Shown: positions 28,428 through 38,396 of the stretch, one piece after another
Numbering within the stretch: the stretch's first letter is position 1
How the letters are laid out: each line of letters starts with the position of its first letter
Source: Spirochaetia bacterium
Lineage (GTDB): Bacteria; Spirochaetota; Spirochaetia; UBA9216
Assembly (NCBI GenBank): GCA_963677925.2
Contig: CAXXYH010000004.1
Coordinates: 1,664,001 to 1,728,000, forward strand
Direction: 5' to 3'
Length of the DNA stretch: 64,000 bases
Notes under the pieces: generated by a model
Databases searched by the model: none
What the model was told of the DNA's origin: nothing
What the model saw: only the letters and a program-made list of their open reading frames with translations
Made by a program: the position numbers and the translations under genes

Positions 28428-29393
28428 ATGAGTGAGAAAACCAGTTCGCATAGAAAAATATCTCTCCTGGCCCGAATCGCCTGGATGTACTATATACAGG
28501 GCCTTACACAGGAAGAGATTGCAAGGAAGTTAGATTTTTCAAGGACAAAAGTCACCAGACTCCTTGCCCAGGCAAAGGATGAGGGTGTTGTCGAGATAAA
28601 TATCAGCAGAACATTCAGAACCTGCTTTGAAATAGAAGAAATGGTACGTGAAACCTTTGATCTGGACCTTGTCCGGGTTGTTCCGCAGGGAGATAACCCC
28701 GAGGATACACGGGAAGGCGTAGGTGTAGCATGTGCAGGTTTCCTTGAACAGAATCTGCAGGACGGCGATATAATCGGATGTTCCTGGGGAAGGAATCTTT
28801 TTCATGTCGGTATGGCAATAAGACCGGTGAAGGACCGCGATTTGACAGTTGTGCAGCTGAGCGGCGGAATGAACACCGGCGGAGAGCTTCTGCCTCAGAA
28901 GGTTATGGAGATGATGGTTTCCAAACTGAGTGCAAAGGGGATATGGCTGAATACTCCGGCTGTTGTTGCACATCTGGACATTAAGAAGGCTCTTATCCGC
29001 GATTCCAGCATCAATGAAGCCCTGACACTGGGACGCAGCTGTACAAAAGCTCTGGTCGGTATAGGAGATTTCAGCGATACGGCTTCGCTTGTTGTCACCG
29101 GTTCCATCACACGTGAGGAGAACCACGAGCTGAAGCTTGCGGGTGCAGTGGGCGATATCCTCTGCCGCCATTATGATCTCAAGGGCAAAGTTGTTAAAAG
29201 CAGTATTGCAGACCGTGTAATGGCAATCTCTCTCGAGGAGCTGAAGGCTATTCCGCTTAGAATCGGAGTTACCTCGGGAAAAGAGAAGGCGCTGCCTATT
29301 CTTGGAGCCATCAACGGCGGTTATATCAACTCGCTTATTACTGATGAAGATACAGCGAACGAACTTCTCAGACTTAGAAACCACAAGCAGTAA
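28428..29393 (+). CDS. SorC/DeoR (LsrR-like) sugar-binding transcriptional regulator
   Basis: AWMYYIQGLTQEEIA...SRTKVTRLL HTH; SWGRN; GAVGDI; LITDE. Confidence 0.92.
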   Translation: MSEKTSSHRKISLLARIAWMYYIQGLTQEEIARKLDFSRTKVTRLLAQAKDEGVVEINISRTFRTCFEIEEMVRETFDLDLVRVVPQGDNPEDTREGVGVACAGFLEQNLQDGDIIGCSWGRNLFHVGMAIRPVKDRDLTVVQLSGGMNTGGELLPQKVMEMMVSKLSAKGIWLNTPAVVAHLDIKKALIRDSSINEALTLGRSCTKALVGIGDFSDTASLVVTGSITREENHELKLAGAVGDILCRHYDLKGKVVKSSIADRVMAISLEELKAIPLRIGVTSGKEKALPILGAINGGYINSLITDEDTANELLRLRNHKQ

Positions 29394-29404
29394 CGGAATT
29401 TTTT

Positions 29405-30241
29405 ATGTCAGCAGATAAACAGATATTCAGCGGTTCAGGAAACTATGTTCTTGACGGCGAGCTTTCCGATATAGTCAATATTTCAATTCAGCTGGAGATG
29501 CCCCTTCTTTTAAAAGGGGAGCCGGGAACCGGAAAGACAATGCTCGCTCACGGCGTTGCAGACAGTCTGGATATGCCGCTTATCATTCTGAATGTTAAAT
29601 CAAGCATGAAGCTGGTCGATGCTCTCTACCAGTATGATACCCTTACAAGACTTAATGACAGCCGTTTCGGTGATTCGGATCGTGATGTAAGCAGTATAGA
29701 TGACTACATCCGTATGGGAAAAATAGGTCAGGCATTTACCGCCGATAAGCGGGTAGTTCTTCTTATCGATGAGATCGACAAGGCCGACACTGATTTTCAG
29801 GATGATATGCTGGATGTGCTGGACCAGATGCAATTTGATATAATAGAAACAGATAAAACAATCAAGGCAGTACATCGTCCCGTTATAATAATCACTTCCA
29901 ACAGCAAAAAAGATCTTTCAGACCCCTTCCTTGGAAGGTGCAACTTTCATCATATTGCCTTTCCCGACCGGAAACAGATGGACAAAATTGTAAAAGTGCA
30001 TTTTCCCGACATGGGAACAAAAACTGCTGAAAATATAATTGAGACTTTCTACCGGCTAAGGAGTATCGGAAGCATAGAGAAGAAGCCTGCTACCAGAGAA
30101 CTTATCAACTGGATACGCGCGCTCTCTGCCGATCCGGAATTTGATACCGATCAGCTTAGAAGGGGCAGGGTTCCGTTTCTCGGAGTACTTTTTAAACGGA
30201 GTGAAGACCTTAAAAAGGCCTCCGATACGCTGGCAGACTGA
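29405..30241 (+). CDS. MoxR-family AAA+ ATPase
   Basis: GEPGTGKT, LLIDEIDKAD, IIITSN, DPFLGRC. Confidence 0.92.
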   Translation: MSADKQIFSGSGNYVLDGELSDIVNISIQLEMPLLLKGEPGTGKTMLAHGVADSLDMPLIILNVKSSMKLVDALYQYDTLTRLNDSRFGDSDRDVSSIDDYIRMGKIGQAFTADKRVVLLIDEIDKADTDFQDDMLDVLDQMQFDIIETDKTIKAVHRPVIIITSNSKKDLSDPFLGRCNFHHIAFPDRKQMDKIVKVHFPDMGTKTAENIIETFYRLRSIGSIEKKPATRELINWIRALSADPEFDTDQLRRGRVPFLGVLFKRSEDLKKASDTLAD

Positions 30242-31428
30242 TGTTTGCAGATTTTTTTCTGGAGCTTAAAAGAGCCGGAGTTCCGGTGAGTTTCACTGCC
30301 TATCTTAACCTTCAGAGGGCCCTGTACAAGGGGCTTATTATCAGCCTGAACAGTTTTTATCATTGTGCCAGAAGTATCCTTGTTAAAAGCGAACGCTACT
30401 TCGATGCATATGACCGTATATTTGCCTATCAATTCGAAGGTGCAGATGAGTCCATTCTTGACGGGATAATGCCTGATGAAAAGATGGCTGCCCTGCTTGA
30501 TATGTGGCTCCGTGACGCCGCTGATCCGGATCGCCGGTTTGATTCCGACAGTCTCGAATTTGAGAATATGACCCCTGACGAACTTCTGCAGTATTTCAAG
30601 GACAGGCTTGAAGAGCAGAAGGAGAAGCATGACGGTGGGACGAAGTGGATTGGCACCACGGGGACATCTCCCACAGGTCATTCGGGATGCCATGTAGACG
30701 GAATGAGGGTAGGGGGAACTTCCAAAAGCCGTTCGGCAATGAAGGTTGCCGGGGAAAGGCGGTACAGGGATTATTCTGATGATGTGATGCTCTCGGAGGC
30801 TACGATGATGGAGGCTCTGAAGAAGCTGAAAATCATGGTTCCTCATGGACCGAAGGACAGGCTGGATATTGATGCTACCATTTACCAGACAATGCGCAAT
30901 GCGGGTGAAATAGAACTGGTATTTTCACAGAGCCTGCGCGACCGGCTTAAAGTTATCCTGATGATTGATAACGGCGGCTTTTCAATGGATCCTCACATCG
31001 GAACTGTTAAAAAGCTCTTCGATCATGCCCACAGTTTTTTCAAGGATCTCAATGTTTATTACTTCCACAATACCATCTACCGGCATATCTGGTCGGATCC
31101 CCAGCGTTTTAAGAAGCCGGTACCTATAGAGGATTTCTCGGGACGCGATCCGGAGACCAGGCTTATTATTGTTGGAGACGCGAGTATGTCGCCATATGAA
31201 CTTCTTTACCGCAACGGGGTAATACGGACCGAAGACCGCGAAAATGCGCCGGGCCTTGAATATCTGAAGCAGCTGGCTTCAATGTTCCGGCATACCGTCT
31301 GGCTGAACCCTGTGCCGGATTATCTGTGGCAGTACACAAGTTCCATCGGTATAATCCGCAATATCTTCCCGATGTACGATATCAGCATGAAGGGGCTTGA
31401 AAATGCCGTCATCAGGCTGATGAGCTGA
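30241..31428 (+). CDS. VWA-domain (CoxE-like) partner of MoxR
   Basis: LDIDATI, MIDNGGFSM (degenerate MIDAS), YYFHN, VGDASMSPYE, WLNP; coupled to moxR. Confidence 0.88.
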   Translation: MFADFFLELKRAGVPVSFTAYLNLQRALYKGLIISLNSFYHCARSILVKSERYFDAYDRIFAYQFEGADESILDGIMPDEKMAALLDMWLRDAADPDRRFDSDSLEFENMTPDELLQYFKDRLEEQKEKHDGGTKWIGTTGTSPTGHSGCHVDGMRVGGTSKSRSAMKVAGERRYRDYSDDVMLSEATMMEALKKLKIMVPHGPKDRLDIDATIYQTMRNAGEIELVFSQSLRDRLKVILMIDNGGFSMDPHIGTVKKLFDHAHSFFKDLNVYYFHNTIYRHIWSDPQRFKKPVPIEDFSGRDPETRLIIVGDASMSPYELLYRNGVIRTEDRENAPGLEYLKQLASMFRHTVWLNPVPDYLWQYTSSIGIIRNIFPMYDISMKGLENAVIRLMS

Positions 31429-31462
31429 AACTTCCGATAATATTCTTAATCTTAAATAAAAC

Positions 31463-32665
31463 TCAGCTGATACTTTCCAGAAGTTCCGTGAGTTTTTCAG
31501 GCTGAGCAAGGATTCCCTGCCAAATAGGAACCTTCCCGCCTCCCTTTACTCCGAAGGGTTTGAGAACCTCGCTGCTGAAAGAATTGAAATTGAAATCAGT
31601 ATCACCGGCCTGGACTATGGCCCATGTTGTCTTATCTGCCGACTTGTTGAAGAGCATAAATATTTTTCCTCCGTCATTGTCTGAAAGAGAGCGGCAGAGG
31701 TTTTTTATATAATCTGAGCTTTCGTTCTCAAGTATGACGGTATGCACTTTTGAAGATTCAGACCAGGGCTTCCCGCATTCGGCTATATCACCTGCTGCTT
31801 TTTCTGCACGTGCATTTTCCATCTGCCCAAGCTCATATTTCAGGCGGCTGAGAGCTTCAAGTGAGTCTTTGCATCTGGCTGTAATTTCAGCGAGGGGAGC
31901 GCTGTACAGTACAGAGAGCTCATCTGTAACTGCTGATTTAAGGCTGTAATCATTATATGCTCTTTTACCCAGCTTCCACAGAAGCCTGACATGACCTCTG
32001 ATTTTTTCGCTTCCGGTACACTTTGCCAGACCTGTGAGGCCGGTGGATGCAAGATGCAGTCCGCCGCATGCGACGCAGTCTGTGCCCGGGATTTCAACTA
32101 TCCTTATTTTACCGCTTCGTTTGGTGGGCCTTCTCAGGTTGAACTCACTGAGACCCACATCATCGGTTACAACGGCCTTAATCGGAAGATTGCGACATAT
32201 AATTCTGTTTACCTCAGATTCAACTTCGGCTATAGTCAGAGCATCTATCTCTTCGGCCGAGGTTTCTATTGCTGTGTATTCTTCACCCTGGTGAACCGAA
32301 ACAGTCTGAATATCTGCAACCTTTACGAGTGCCGCGGAAACAAGGTGCTGACCGGTATGCTGCTGCATATAGTCCAAACGGTGCTCCATATCAACTTCAC
32401 ATTCAGCTGTGCTGCCTTCAGCGGGCAGTTCATCCCCATTTTCCCCTGTTTCAATATAATGAAGGACTGCATCGTCCGTTTTTTGTACATCGGTTATATT
32501 AAGTCCCGCAATGCTTCCCTTATCGGCAGGCTGTCCGCCCCCTTCGGGATAAAAGCACGTTCGATCAAGAATCAGGGAGACGCCTCTCTTATCTTCTCTG
32601 ATTTCGAGTATTTTAGCGGAAAATAAACTGCGATCAGGTTCGCTGTAATAAATCAGTTCTGTCAT
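31463..32665 (-). CDS. Alanyl-tRNA editing protein (AlaX, with DHHA1-like C-terminus)
   Basis: FYPEGGGQPAD, HTGQH, CGGLH zinc-binding motifs, C-terminal KGGG. Confidence 0.9.
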   Translation of the reverse strand: MTELIYYSEPDRSLFSAKILEIREDKRGVSLILDRTCFYPEGGGQPADKGSIAGLNITDVQKTDDAVLHYIETGENGDELPAEGSTAECEVDMEHRLDYMQQHTGQHLVSAALVKVADIQTVSVHQGEEYTAIETSAEEIDALTIAEVESEVNRIICRNLPIKAVVTDDVGLSEFNLRRPTKRSGKIRIVEIPGTDCVACGGLHLASTGLTGLAKCTGSEKIRGHVRLLWKLGKRAYNDYSLKSAVTDELSVLYSAPLAEITARCKDSLEALSRLKYELGQMENARAEKAAGDIAECGKPWSESSKVHTVILENESSDYIKNLCRSLSDNDGGKIFMLFNKSADKTTWAIVQAGDTDFNFNSFSSEVLKPFGVKGGGKVPIWQGILAQPEKLTELLESIS

Positions 32666-32725
32666 GACTTAAGTATATCAGAGGTTGAAATTGATATTAA
32701 GTCTAAATTGTTGTATTTTACTTCT

Positions 32726-34006
32726 GTGCGAAAGTTATACTTTTTAATAGTGATTCTGCTTGCAGGCAATTTTCCGGCATTTTCAGACACAGCCCTTGTT
32801 TTTTCAGGCGGGGGAGCTATGGGTGCCTATCAGATAGGTGTATGGAAGGCTCTTACCGACCTGGAAGTTGATATAAGTGCTGCCTACGGATGTTCAGTCG
32901 GAACAATAAACTCTGCTGCTGTAGCCATGCATGATTACAAACTGGCCTACAATATGTGGCTTAAACTTAAAAAATCAGATGTCATAGATCTCAGTACATC
33001 CCAGGAGGATGTTCTTGACGGGGAATTCAACCTGAGGCAGCTGATGCGTGCATCCCGACTTGCCTATAACGAGGAAGGTCTGGATGCTTCTCCGCTCTCA
33101 GAAACTCTTTCAAGATTTGTTGATGAACAGAAGGTAAGAAATTCCGATATTGATTTCGGACTTTTAACCTATAATCTAACGGATATGGAAGAGGAAAGCC
33201 TCTTTATTGAAGATATTCCTGAAGGTCAGCTGGCTGATTACATTGCTGCAAGTGCTAATTTCCCGCTGTTTCAGAGAAAGACTATAGACGGCAAGGTTTT
33301 TATTGACGGCGGGGTTGCAAACAATATACCTGTTAAGCTTGCGGCAGACAGGGGCTACAGGGATGTTGTCATCGTCGTGCTTGAACTGATAACCCCGGGT
33401 GATTTTGCCGATTATTATTCAAACTACAGCGATTACAATTTTGATCCTGTTGTGATAAGTCCGTCCGGGGATATCGGAGGGTTTCTTGATTTTGATCCTG
33501 ATAACGCCGTAAAGGCAATGAAGCTGGGATATCTGGATACCCTGAAGGCCATGGGTGCTATATGCGGCCGGAACTACCTGTTCGCAGACTGTGAGGATAT
33601 TTTCCGGGATATGTTTATCAATCTTCCATATGAGAAACAGGCTGAGGCGGCTGAACTTCTCGGAATGCTTTTTACTTCCATTGATAATCCTTCTGATTTT
33701 TATGATGAAAAGATTTTTCCCGTACTTTATGAGAACCTTCCATTTTTAGAGGATATGAAAACTCCATCCGCCGCACTTATTGAATACAGTGCGGAACTTG
33801 CCGGCATAGATAACAAACCGTTCTATTCGCAGGTTTCACTGTTTGACAGGATTATTTCAAGATACATCGGAAGTATCTTCCAGATTAAGCAGTTTGAATT
33901 CGCGGTGTACCTGAGACTTAATTCGGGATATAATCCTTACAGACCGGCTGAACCGTCCGGGCTTTATGCGGAAAGCTATTACAGTCTTGGGAAGCTGCTT
34001 GAATGA
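32726..34006 (+). CDS. Patatin-like phospholipase
   Basis: SGGGAMG, GCSVG nucleophile motif, DGG. GTG start at 32726, 6 nt after TTGATA-17-TATTTT. Confidence 0.88.
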   Translation: MRKLYFLIVILLAGNFPAFSDTALVFSGGGAMGAYQIGVWKALTDLEVDISAAYGCSVGTINSAAVAMHDYKLAYNMWLKLKKSDVIDLSTSQEDVLDGEFNLRQLMRASRLAYNEEGLDASPLSETLSRFVDEQKVRNSDIDFGLLTYNLTDMEEESLFIEDIPEGQLADYIAASANFPLFQRKTIDGKVFIDGGVANNIPVKLAADRGYRDVVIVVLELITPGDFADYYSNYSDYNFDPVVISPSGDIGGFLDFDPDNAVKAMKLGYLDTLKAMGAICGRNYLFADCEDIFRDMFINLPYEKQAEAAELLGMLFTSIDNPSDFYDEKIFPVLYENLPFLEDMKTPSAALIEYSAELAGIDNKPFYSQVSLFDRIISRYIGSIFQIKQFEFAVYLRLNSGYNPYRPAEPSGLYAESYYSLGKLLE

Positions 34007-34443
34007 ATTATAATACCGATAACGTAACTACAAAAAAAATAATCCCTCCGAACGTAAAATATGCGGTAAGGTGGTCTGATTATGAAAAAGTGAATCCCTA
34101 CGTTATCACCTCAAAGGTTCCGTCCAGACCCGGGATATTTGAGCTTTTCTACGAGCTTGAAAACAGTGAGCTTCAGCGTTTTTACATGGAAAGAGTATGG
34201 TACGGAGGTCTGCGGGCCGAGATAAGGCGATCAACCGAGCCCGATGCTGTTCCGGATCCTGCACGCAGGGAGGTTCTTTTGAACAAAACCTGCTACTACA
34301 GATATACAATTATCGAGACCATGAATGACATGCTCGATTTAATATATCATTATTCCTGTGTGTATCTCCCGGAAAGGGAACCTCCCGCACATTCGGGGAG
34401 GTATGAAAAGATTTTTGTGGTCGAAGATCCTGAGAAATACTGA
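34003..34443 (+). CDS. Hypothetical protein (possible divergent GIY-YIG-like fold)
   Basis: 146-aa ORF with ATGA overlap with the patatin gene; PSRPGIFELF and GGLRAEIR motifs. Confidence 0.7.
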   Translation: MNYNTDNVTTKKIIPPNVKYAVRWSDYEKVNPYVITSKVPSRPGIFELFYELENSELQRFYMERVWYGGLRAEIRRSTEPDAVPDPARREVLLNKTCYYRYTIIETMNDMLDLIYHYSCVYLPEREPPAHSGRYEKIFVVEDPEKY

Positions 34444-34674
34444 TTATCTATGCAGGGCTCTTTCAATCTGATCCTTGTTAAATCCGACAAGTATTCTTCC
34501 GTTTATATCGAGAACCGGAACTCCCATCTGTCCTGATTTCCTGGTCATTTCTTCTGCGCGGCGGGTGTCTGCGGCTACATTGTATTCTGTGAAGTTAATC
34601 TTATGCTGTCTGAAGTAGTCCTTTGCCAGTCTGCAGTATGTGCAAGTCGGTGTAGTATACATTGTTACTGCCAT
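34444..34674 (-). CDS. NrdH/YruB-like glutaredoxin
   Basis: YTTPTCTYC, GQMGVPV, VGF; AGGAGG SD; promoter TTGACT-17-TATTTT (34732-34704). Confidence 0.92.
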   Translation of the reverse strand: MAVTMYTTPTCTYCRLAKDYFRQHKINFTEYNVAADTRRAEEMTRKSGQMGVPVLDINGRILVGFNKDQIERALHR

Positions 34675-34823
34675 ATTATTATCCTCCTGTAAATTACATA
34701 TATAAAATAATTAAGCTGTTTGAAAAAGTCAATCCATATATAATAAAAATAATATATATAAAGATAAAATATATGTCCCAATGTTTAGACTCAAACGTAA
34801 ATTTCTATTATACTTTCTTTATC

Positions 34824-35744
34824 ATGAATTTTAACAAAGAAATACTGATTTTTGACGGTGCCTGCGGCACAAGCATACAGAATATGGAACTCGGTGATGA
34901 AGTCTGGGACGGCAACGAAGGATGCAACGAGTATCTTAACATAACAGTACCGGAAAAGATAACCGGGATGCATCTGGAGTTTCTGGAAGCCGGAGCTGAT
35001 ATAATAGAAACAAACACCTTCGGTGCCAACAGGATAGTACTTGCCGAGTATGGGCTTGAAGGCCGGGTAGAAGAGATAAATGCCGCTGCTGTAAAAGCGG
35101 CAAGAGCTGCAGTTGAAAAATACGGCAGCGGTATAATTGCCGGATCCATCGGACCGGGTACAAAGATGCCGACTCTGGGTCATATCACTGTGGAGGAACT
35201 TGAAGCCTCATACCGTGAGCAGGTTGCGGCGCTTATTGATGCCGGTGTGGATATGTTCATGCTTGAAACAGCACAGGATATACTTCAGCTGAAGACTCTG
35301 CTGGTCACCACCTTCGATGTGATGAGGGAAAAATTGAAAGAGCTTCCCGTCGTTGTTTCTGTTACCATAGAAAAGACCGGTACAATGCTTGCCGGAACCG
35401 ATATTGCCGCAGCTGCGGCAATCATCGAACCATTTCCTGTCTTTGCCTTCGGCCTAAACTGTGCCACGGGTCCGGAAGACATGGTTTCAAGCATTAAATG
35501 GCTCAGCCATAACTGGGGAGGCCGGATATCATGTCTGCCAAACCAGGGAATACCCGAAATAGTTGACGGGAAGACCTGCTACCCGATGAGTCCTGAACAT
35601 TATTCGGGGGAACTCGGGCATTTTGTAAAAGATCTGGGTGTCTCGGTTGTAGGCGGCTGCTGCGGGTCAACACCTGCCCATATTGCTGCGCTTAAGCAGG
35701 CTGTCGGCGGTATGAGTCCGGCAAAGAGGGAGGTGGAGGCATGA
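34824..35744 (+). CDS. metH: Methionine synthase, stand-alone homocysteine-binding module
   Basis: DGACGT, ETNTFG, GLNCATGP, GGCCG zinc ligands. Start at ATG 34824, after TAGACT-17-TATACT. Confidence 0.9.
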   Translation: MNFNKEILIFDGACGTSIQNMELGDEVWDGNEGCNEYLNITVPEKITGMHLEFLEAGADIIETNTFGANRIVLAEYGLEGRVEEINAAAVKAARAAVEKYGSGIIAGSIGPGTKMPTLGHITVEELEASYREQVAALIDAGVDMFMLETAQDILQLKTLLVTTFDVMREKLKELPVVVSVTIEKTGTMLAGTDIAAAAAIIEPFPVFAFGLNCATGPEDMVSSIKWLSHNWGGRISCLPNQGIPEIVDGKTCYPMSPEHYSGELGHFVKDLGVSVVGGCCGSTPAHIAALKQAVGGMSPAKREVEA

Positions 35745-38188
35745 ACCCTTCCGTAGCTAGTCTGTATGAAAGTGTTGATCTCATTCAGCCGATTAAGCCG
35801 CTGATAATCGGCGAGCGCTGCAACTCAAACGGTTCCAAACGGTTCCGCGAATGTCTTCTTGCCGATGACTGGAACTCATGCCTTACAATCGCAAAGGAGC
35901 AGCAGAGTGCCGGTGCTCATGTGCTTGACCTCTGCACCGCTTATGCCGGCCGTGATGAGTTTGCCGACATGAGCATGCTTATTCCGATGTTCTCAACATC
36001 GCTGAAGACCCCGCTCATGATTGACTCAACTACGCCCGAGGTGATTGAGCATTCGCTTAAGATTTATCCCGGACGCAGCATAATAAATTCGGTAAACCTC
36101 GAAGACGGCGGGAAGAATATTCACCGCGTGCTTCCTCTTGTTAAGAAATACGGAGCTGCTGTTGTTGCTCTTACCATCGATGAGGATGGAATGGCAATGA
36201 CCGCGGAAAAAAAGCTGGAGGTCGCGAAGCGTATCCACAGCATTGCTGTTGATGAGCACGGCCTGCGTCCTCAGGATATCCTCTTTGATCCATTGACTTT
36301 TACGGTAGGTGCGGGCGACGAGAATCTAAGGGATGCGGCGGTTCAGACTCTCGATGCAATGAAGCTGATAAAGCAGCAGCTTCCCGGCTGTCTTACAGTG
36401 CTGGGCCTTAGCAATATCAGCTTCGGGCTTTCTCCGAAATCAAGGAAAATTCTTAACGCTGTATTTTTGCATGAGGCTCTTGAAGCCGGGCTTGATGCCT
36501 GCATTATCGATGCGGCAAAGATCATCCCGCTTGCCTCCATTTCCGAAGAGGACAGGGAAGTCTGCCTGGATCTTCTGTATGACAGGGTAAAAGATGAGGT
36601 CAAGTCTCCGCTTTTGACATTTATTGATCACTTCGGAAACAGAAGCGACAGCGACGACAGCGAAGATCAGACATGGAAACCTGCCGAACAGCAGCTCTAT
36701 GATCATATCGTTGACGGAAGCAGGGAGGATCTTGAAGACATTCTTGATATGCTTCTTCAGCGGCGTTCGCCGATTGGAATTATCAATGAAATCCTGATAC
36801 CCGCAATGCGGCACGTCGGAGAGCTTTTCGGAAAGGGCGAGCTTCTTCTGCCCTTTGTTCTGCAGTCGGCTGAAACTATGAAGGCTTCAGTCAGCTATCT
36901 TGAACCGCTCATGGAGAAAAAGGACGACGGAGCAGCAGTGAAGATTCTGCTTGCTACGGTTCAGGGAGATGTTCACGATATCGGTAAAAACCTGGTAGAG
37001 ATTATTCTAAGCAACAACGGCTATACCGTTTACAATATCGGGATCAAGGTTCCTGCAGAAACGATAATAGAGAAGGCTAAGGAGCTTGATGTTGATATAA
37101 TCGGACTCTCGGGCCTGCTTGTGAAATCGGCAATGGTAATGAAGGACAGCATGGAGCAGTACGCTGAGGCCGGGTTCAAGATTCCAATCTTTCTAGGCGG
37201 AGCGGCTCTCACAAGGAAATTTGTTGCAGAAAGCTGTGTTCCGGGTTATCCGGGCCCGGTTGTTTATAATTCGGACGCTTTTGACGGACTGAAGCATGTG
37301 CGGGAATTTGAAGCCGGAACCCTTGAAGCAACCACCTGGGAAGCAAATCCTGATGCAGTGTCGGTTAAACCCGGCAGAAAGGATATGACTATAGTCCGCG
37401 ACAACCCGGTTCCTGAACCTCCGTTTAAGGGCGGCAGAGTGACAGAGGATATTGACCTGGAAGAGGTTCTTACTTTGGTCAACAAGCAGGCGCTTTTCCG
37501 CGGACGCTGGGGCTACCGACGGGGCAAGATGAGCGCCTCTGAATATGATGAACTTATTAAAACCAGGGTGGAACCCCTCTATGAATCCTTCAGGAAGGAA
37601 TTTGTGGAAGGACGGCTTGTCCGTCCAGCGGCGGCCTGGGGCTGGTTTGACTGTGAGAGCAGGGACAACCTGCTGGTTCTAAAAGATTCAGGAAAGGAAT
37701 ACAGCTTTGATTTTCCAAGACAGTCGGAGGCTCCCTTTCTCTGTCTTTCGGATTACTATAAAAATGCTGAGGAAGGCGGCGATGTCGCAGGTCTCTTTGT
37801 AGTAACAATAGGACCGGAGGTCTCAAAGCGCACAGCCGAACTCTATGAGGCAAACGAATACCATGACTACCTGATGCTTCACGCCTTCAGTGTAGAGGTG
37901 ACTGATGCCCTTGCCGAATACTGGCATAAGCAGATGAGAAAGGAACTTGGAATTGCGGTCGATGAACCTGAGAATATCCACGGCTACGTTACCCAGCAGT
38001 ACCAGGGCTCAAGATACGGCTTCGGCTACCCCTCATGTCCGGACCTCAGTGCCCATGAGATAGTATTTGAACTGATAAAACCTGAAAGAATCGGTATAAG
38101 CCTGACAGAGAATTACGAGATGGTTCCGGAGCAGAGTACATCAGCTCTTGTTGCCCATCATCCGCAGGCCAAATACTTTGCTGTATAA
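35741..38188 (+). CDS. metH: Methionine synthase folate-, cobalamin-binding and reactivation modules
   Basis: IGERCNSNGSK, GDVHDIGKN, SGLL, RYGFGYPSCPD, PEQSTSA, HPQAKYF; ATGA overlap with its own GGAGG. Confidence 0.92.
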   Translation: MNPSVASLYESVDLIQPIKPLIIGERCNSNGSKRFRECLLADDWNSCLTIAKEQQSAGAHVLDLCTAYAGRDEFADMSMLIPMFSTSLKTPLMIDSTTPEVIEHSLKIYPGRSIINSVNLEDGGKNIHRVLPLVKKYGAAVVALTIDEDGMAMTAEKKLEVAKRIHSIAVDEHGLRPQDILFDPLTFTVGAGDENLRDAAVQTLDAMKLIKQQLPGCLTVLGLSNISFGLSPKSRKILNAVFLHEALEAGLDACIIDAAKIIPLASISEEDREVCLDLLYDRVKDEVKSPLLTFIDHFGNRSDSDDSEDQTWKPAEQQLYDHIVDGSREDLEDILDMLLQRRSPIGIINEILIPAMRHVGELFGKGELLLPFVLQSAETMKASVSYLEPLMEKKDDGAAVKILLATVQGDVHDIGKNLVEIILSNNGYTVYNIGIKVPAETIIEKAKELDVDIIGLSGLLVKSAMVMKDSMEQYAEAGFKIPIFLGGAALTRKFVAESCVPGYPGPVVYNSDAFDGLKHVREFEAGTLEATTWEANPDAVSVKPGRKDMTIVRDNPVPEPPFKGGRVTEDIDLEEVLTLVNKQALFRGRWGYRRGKMSASEYDELIKTRVEPLYESFRKEFVEGRLVRPAAAWGWFDCESRDNLLVLKDSGKEYSFDFPRQSEAPFLCLSDYYKNAEEGGDVAGLFVVTIGPEVSKRTAELYEANEYHDYLMLHAFSVEVTDALAEYWHKQMRKELGIAVDEPENIHGYVTQQYQGSRYGFGYPSCPDLSAHEIVFELIKPERIGISLTENYEMVPEQSTSALVAHHPQAKYFAV

Positions 38189-38218
38189 TGCCCGGGGAAG
38201 GGGCAGGGAGTTTTTTTT

Positions 38219-38377
38219 ATGAAATATATATGTGTTAACTGCGGATATATCTATGATCCCGAGGCGGGTGACCCGATGGGAAATATCCCTCCGGGGACAG
38301 CCTTTGATGATCTTCCCGACAGCTGGGTATGTCCGCTCTGCTATACCTCTAAGGATATGTTCGACCCGCTGGATTAG
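38219..38377 (+). CDS. Rubredoxin (52 aa; not in the ORF track)
   Basis: [52 protein letters not shown]; GGAG SD. Confidence 0.95.
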   Translation: MKYICVNCGYIYDPEAGDPMGNIPPGTAFDDLPDSWVCPLCYTSKDMFDPLD

Positions 38378-38396
38378 GAATAATGGTCCGGCCGGA

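Noticed and set aside
28539-29384. 281-aa minus-strand ORF
   Set aside because: Antisense to the clearly identified SorC regulator, with no recognisable domain.
30151-30846. 231-aa minus-strand ORF, and the many other short overlapping ORFs in the track such as 31991-32626
   Set aside because: Antisense or out-of-frame shadows of well-supported genes.
31463-32665. Functional link between AlaX and the alanine attenuator
   Set aside because: They are 13 kb apart with unrelated genes between, and AlaX has no similar leader.
29405-34006. Anti-phage system reading of MoxR-VWA plus patatin
   Set aside because: The genes are in separate transcription units amid housekeeping genes; no CD-NTase or other defence hallmark; the patatin has a signal-peptide-like N-terminus.
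35741-35744. Frameshift or pseudogene in metH
   Set aside because: The break falls at a domain boundary, with an ATGA overlap and a dedicated GGAGG.
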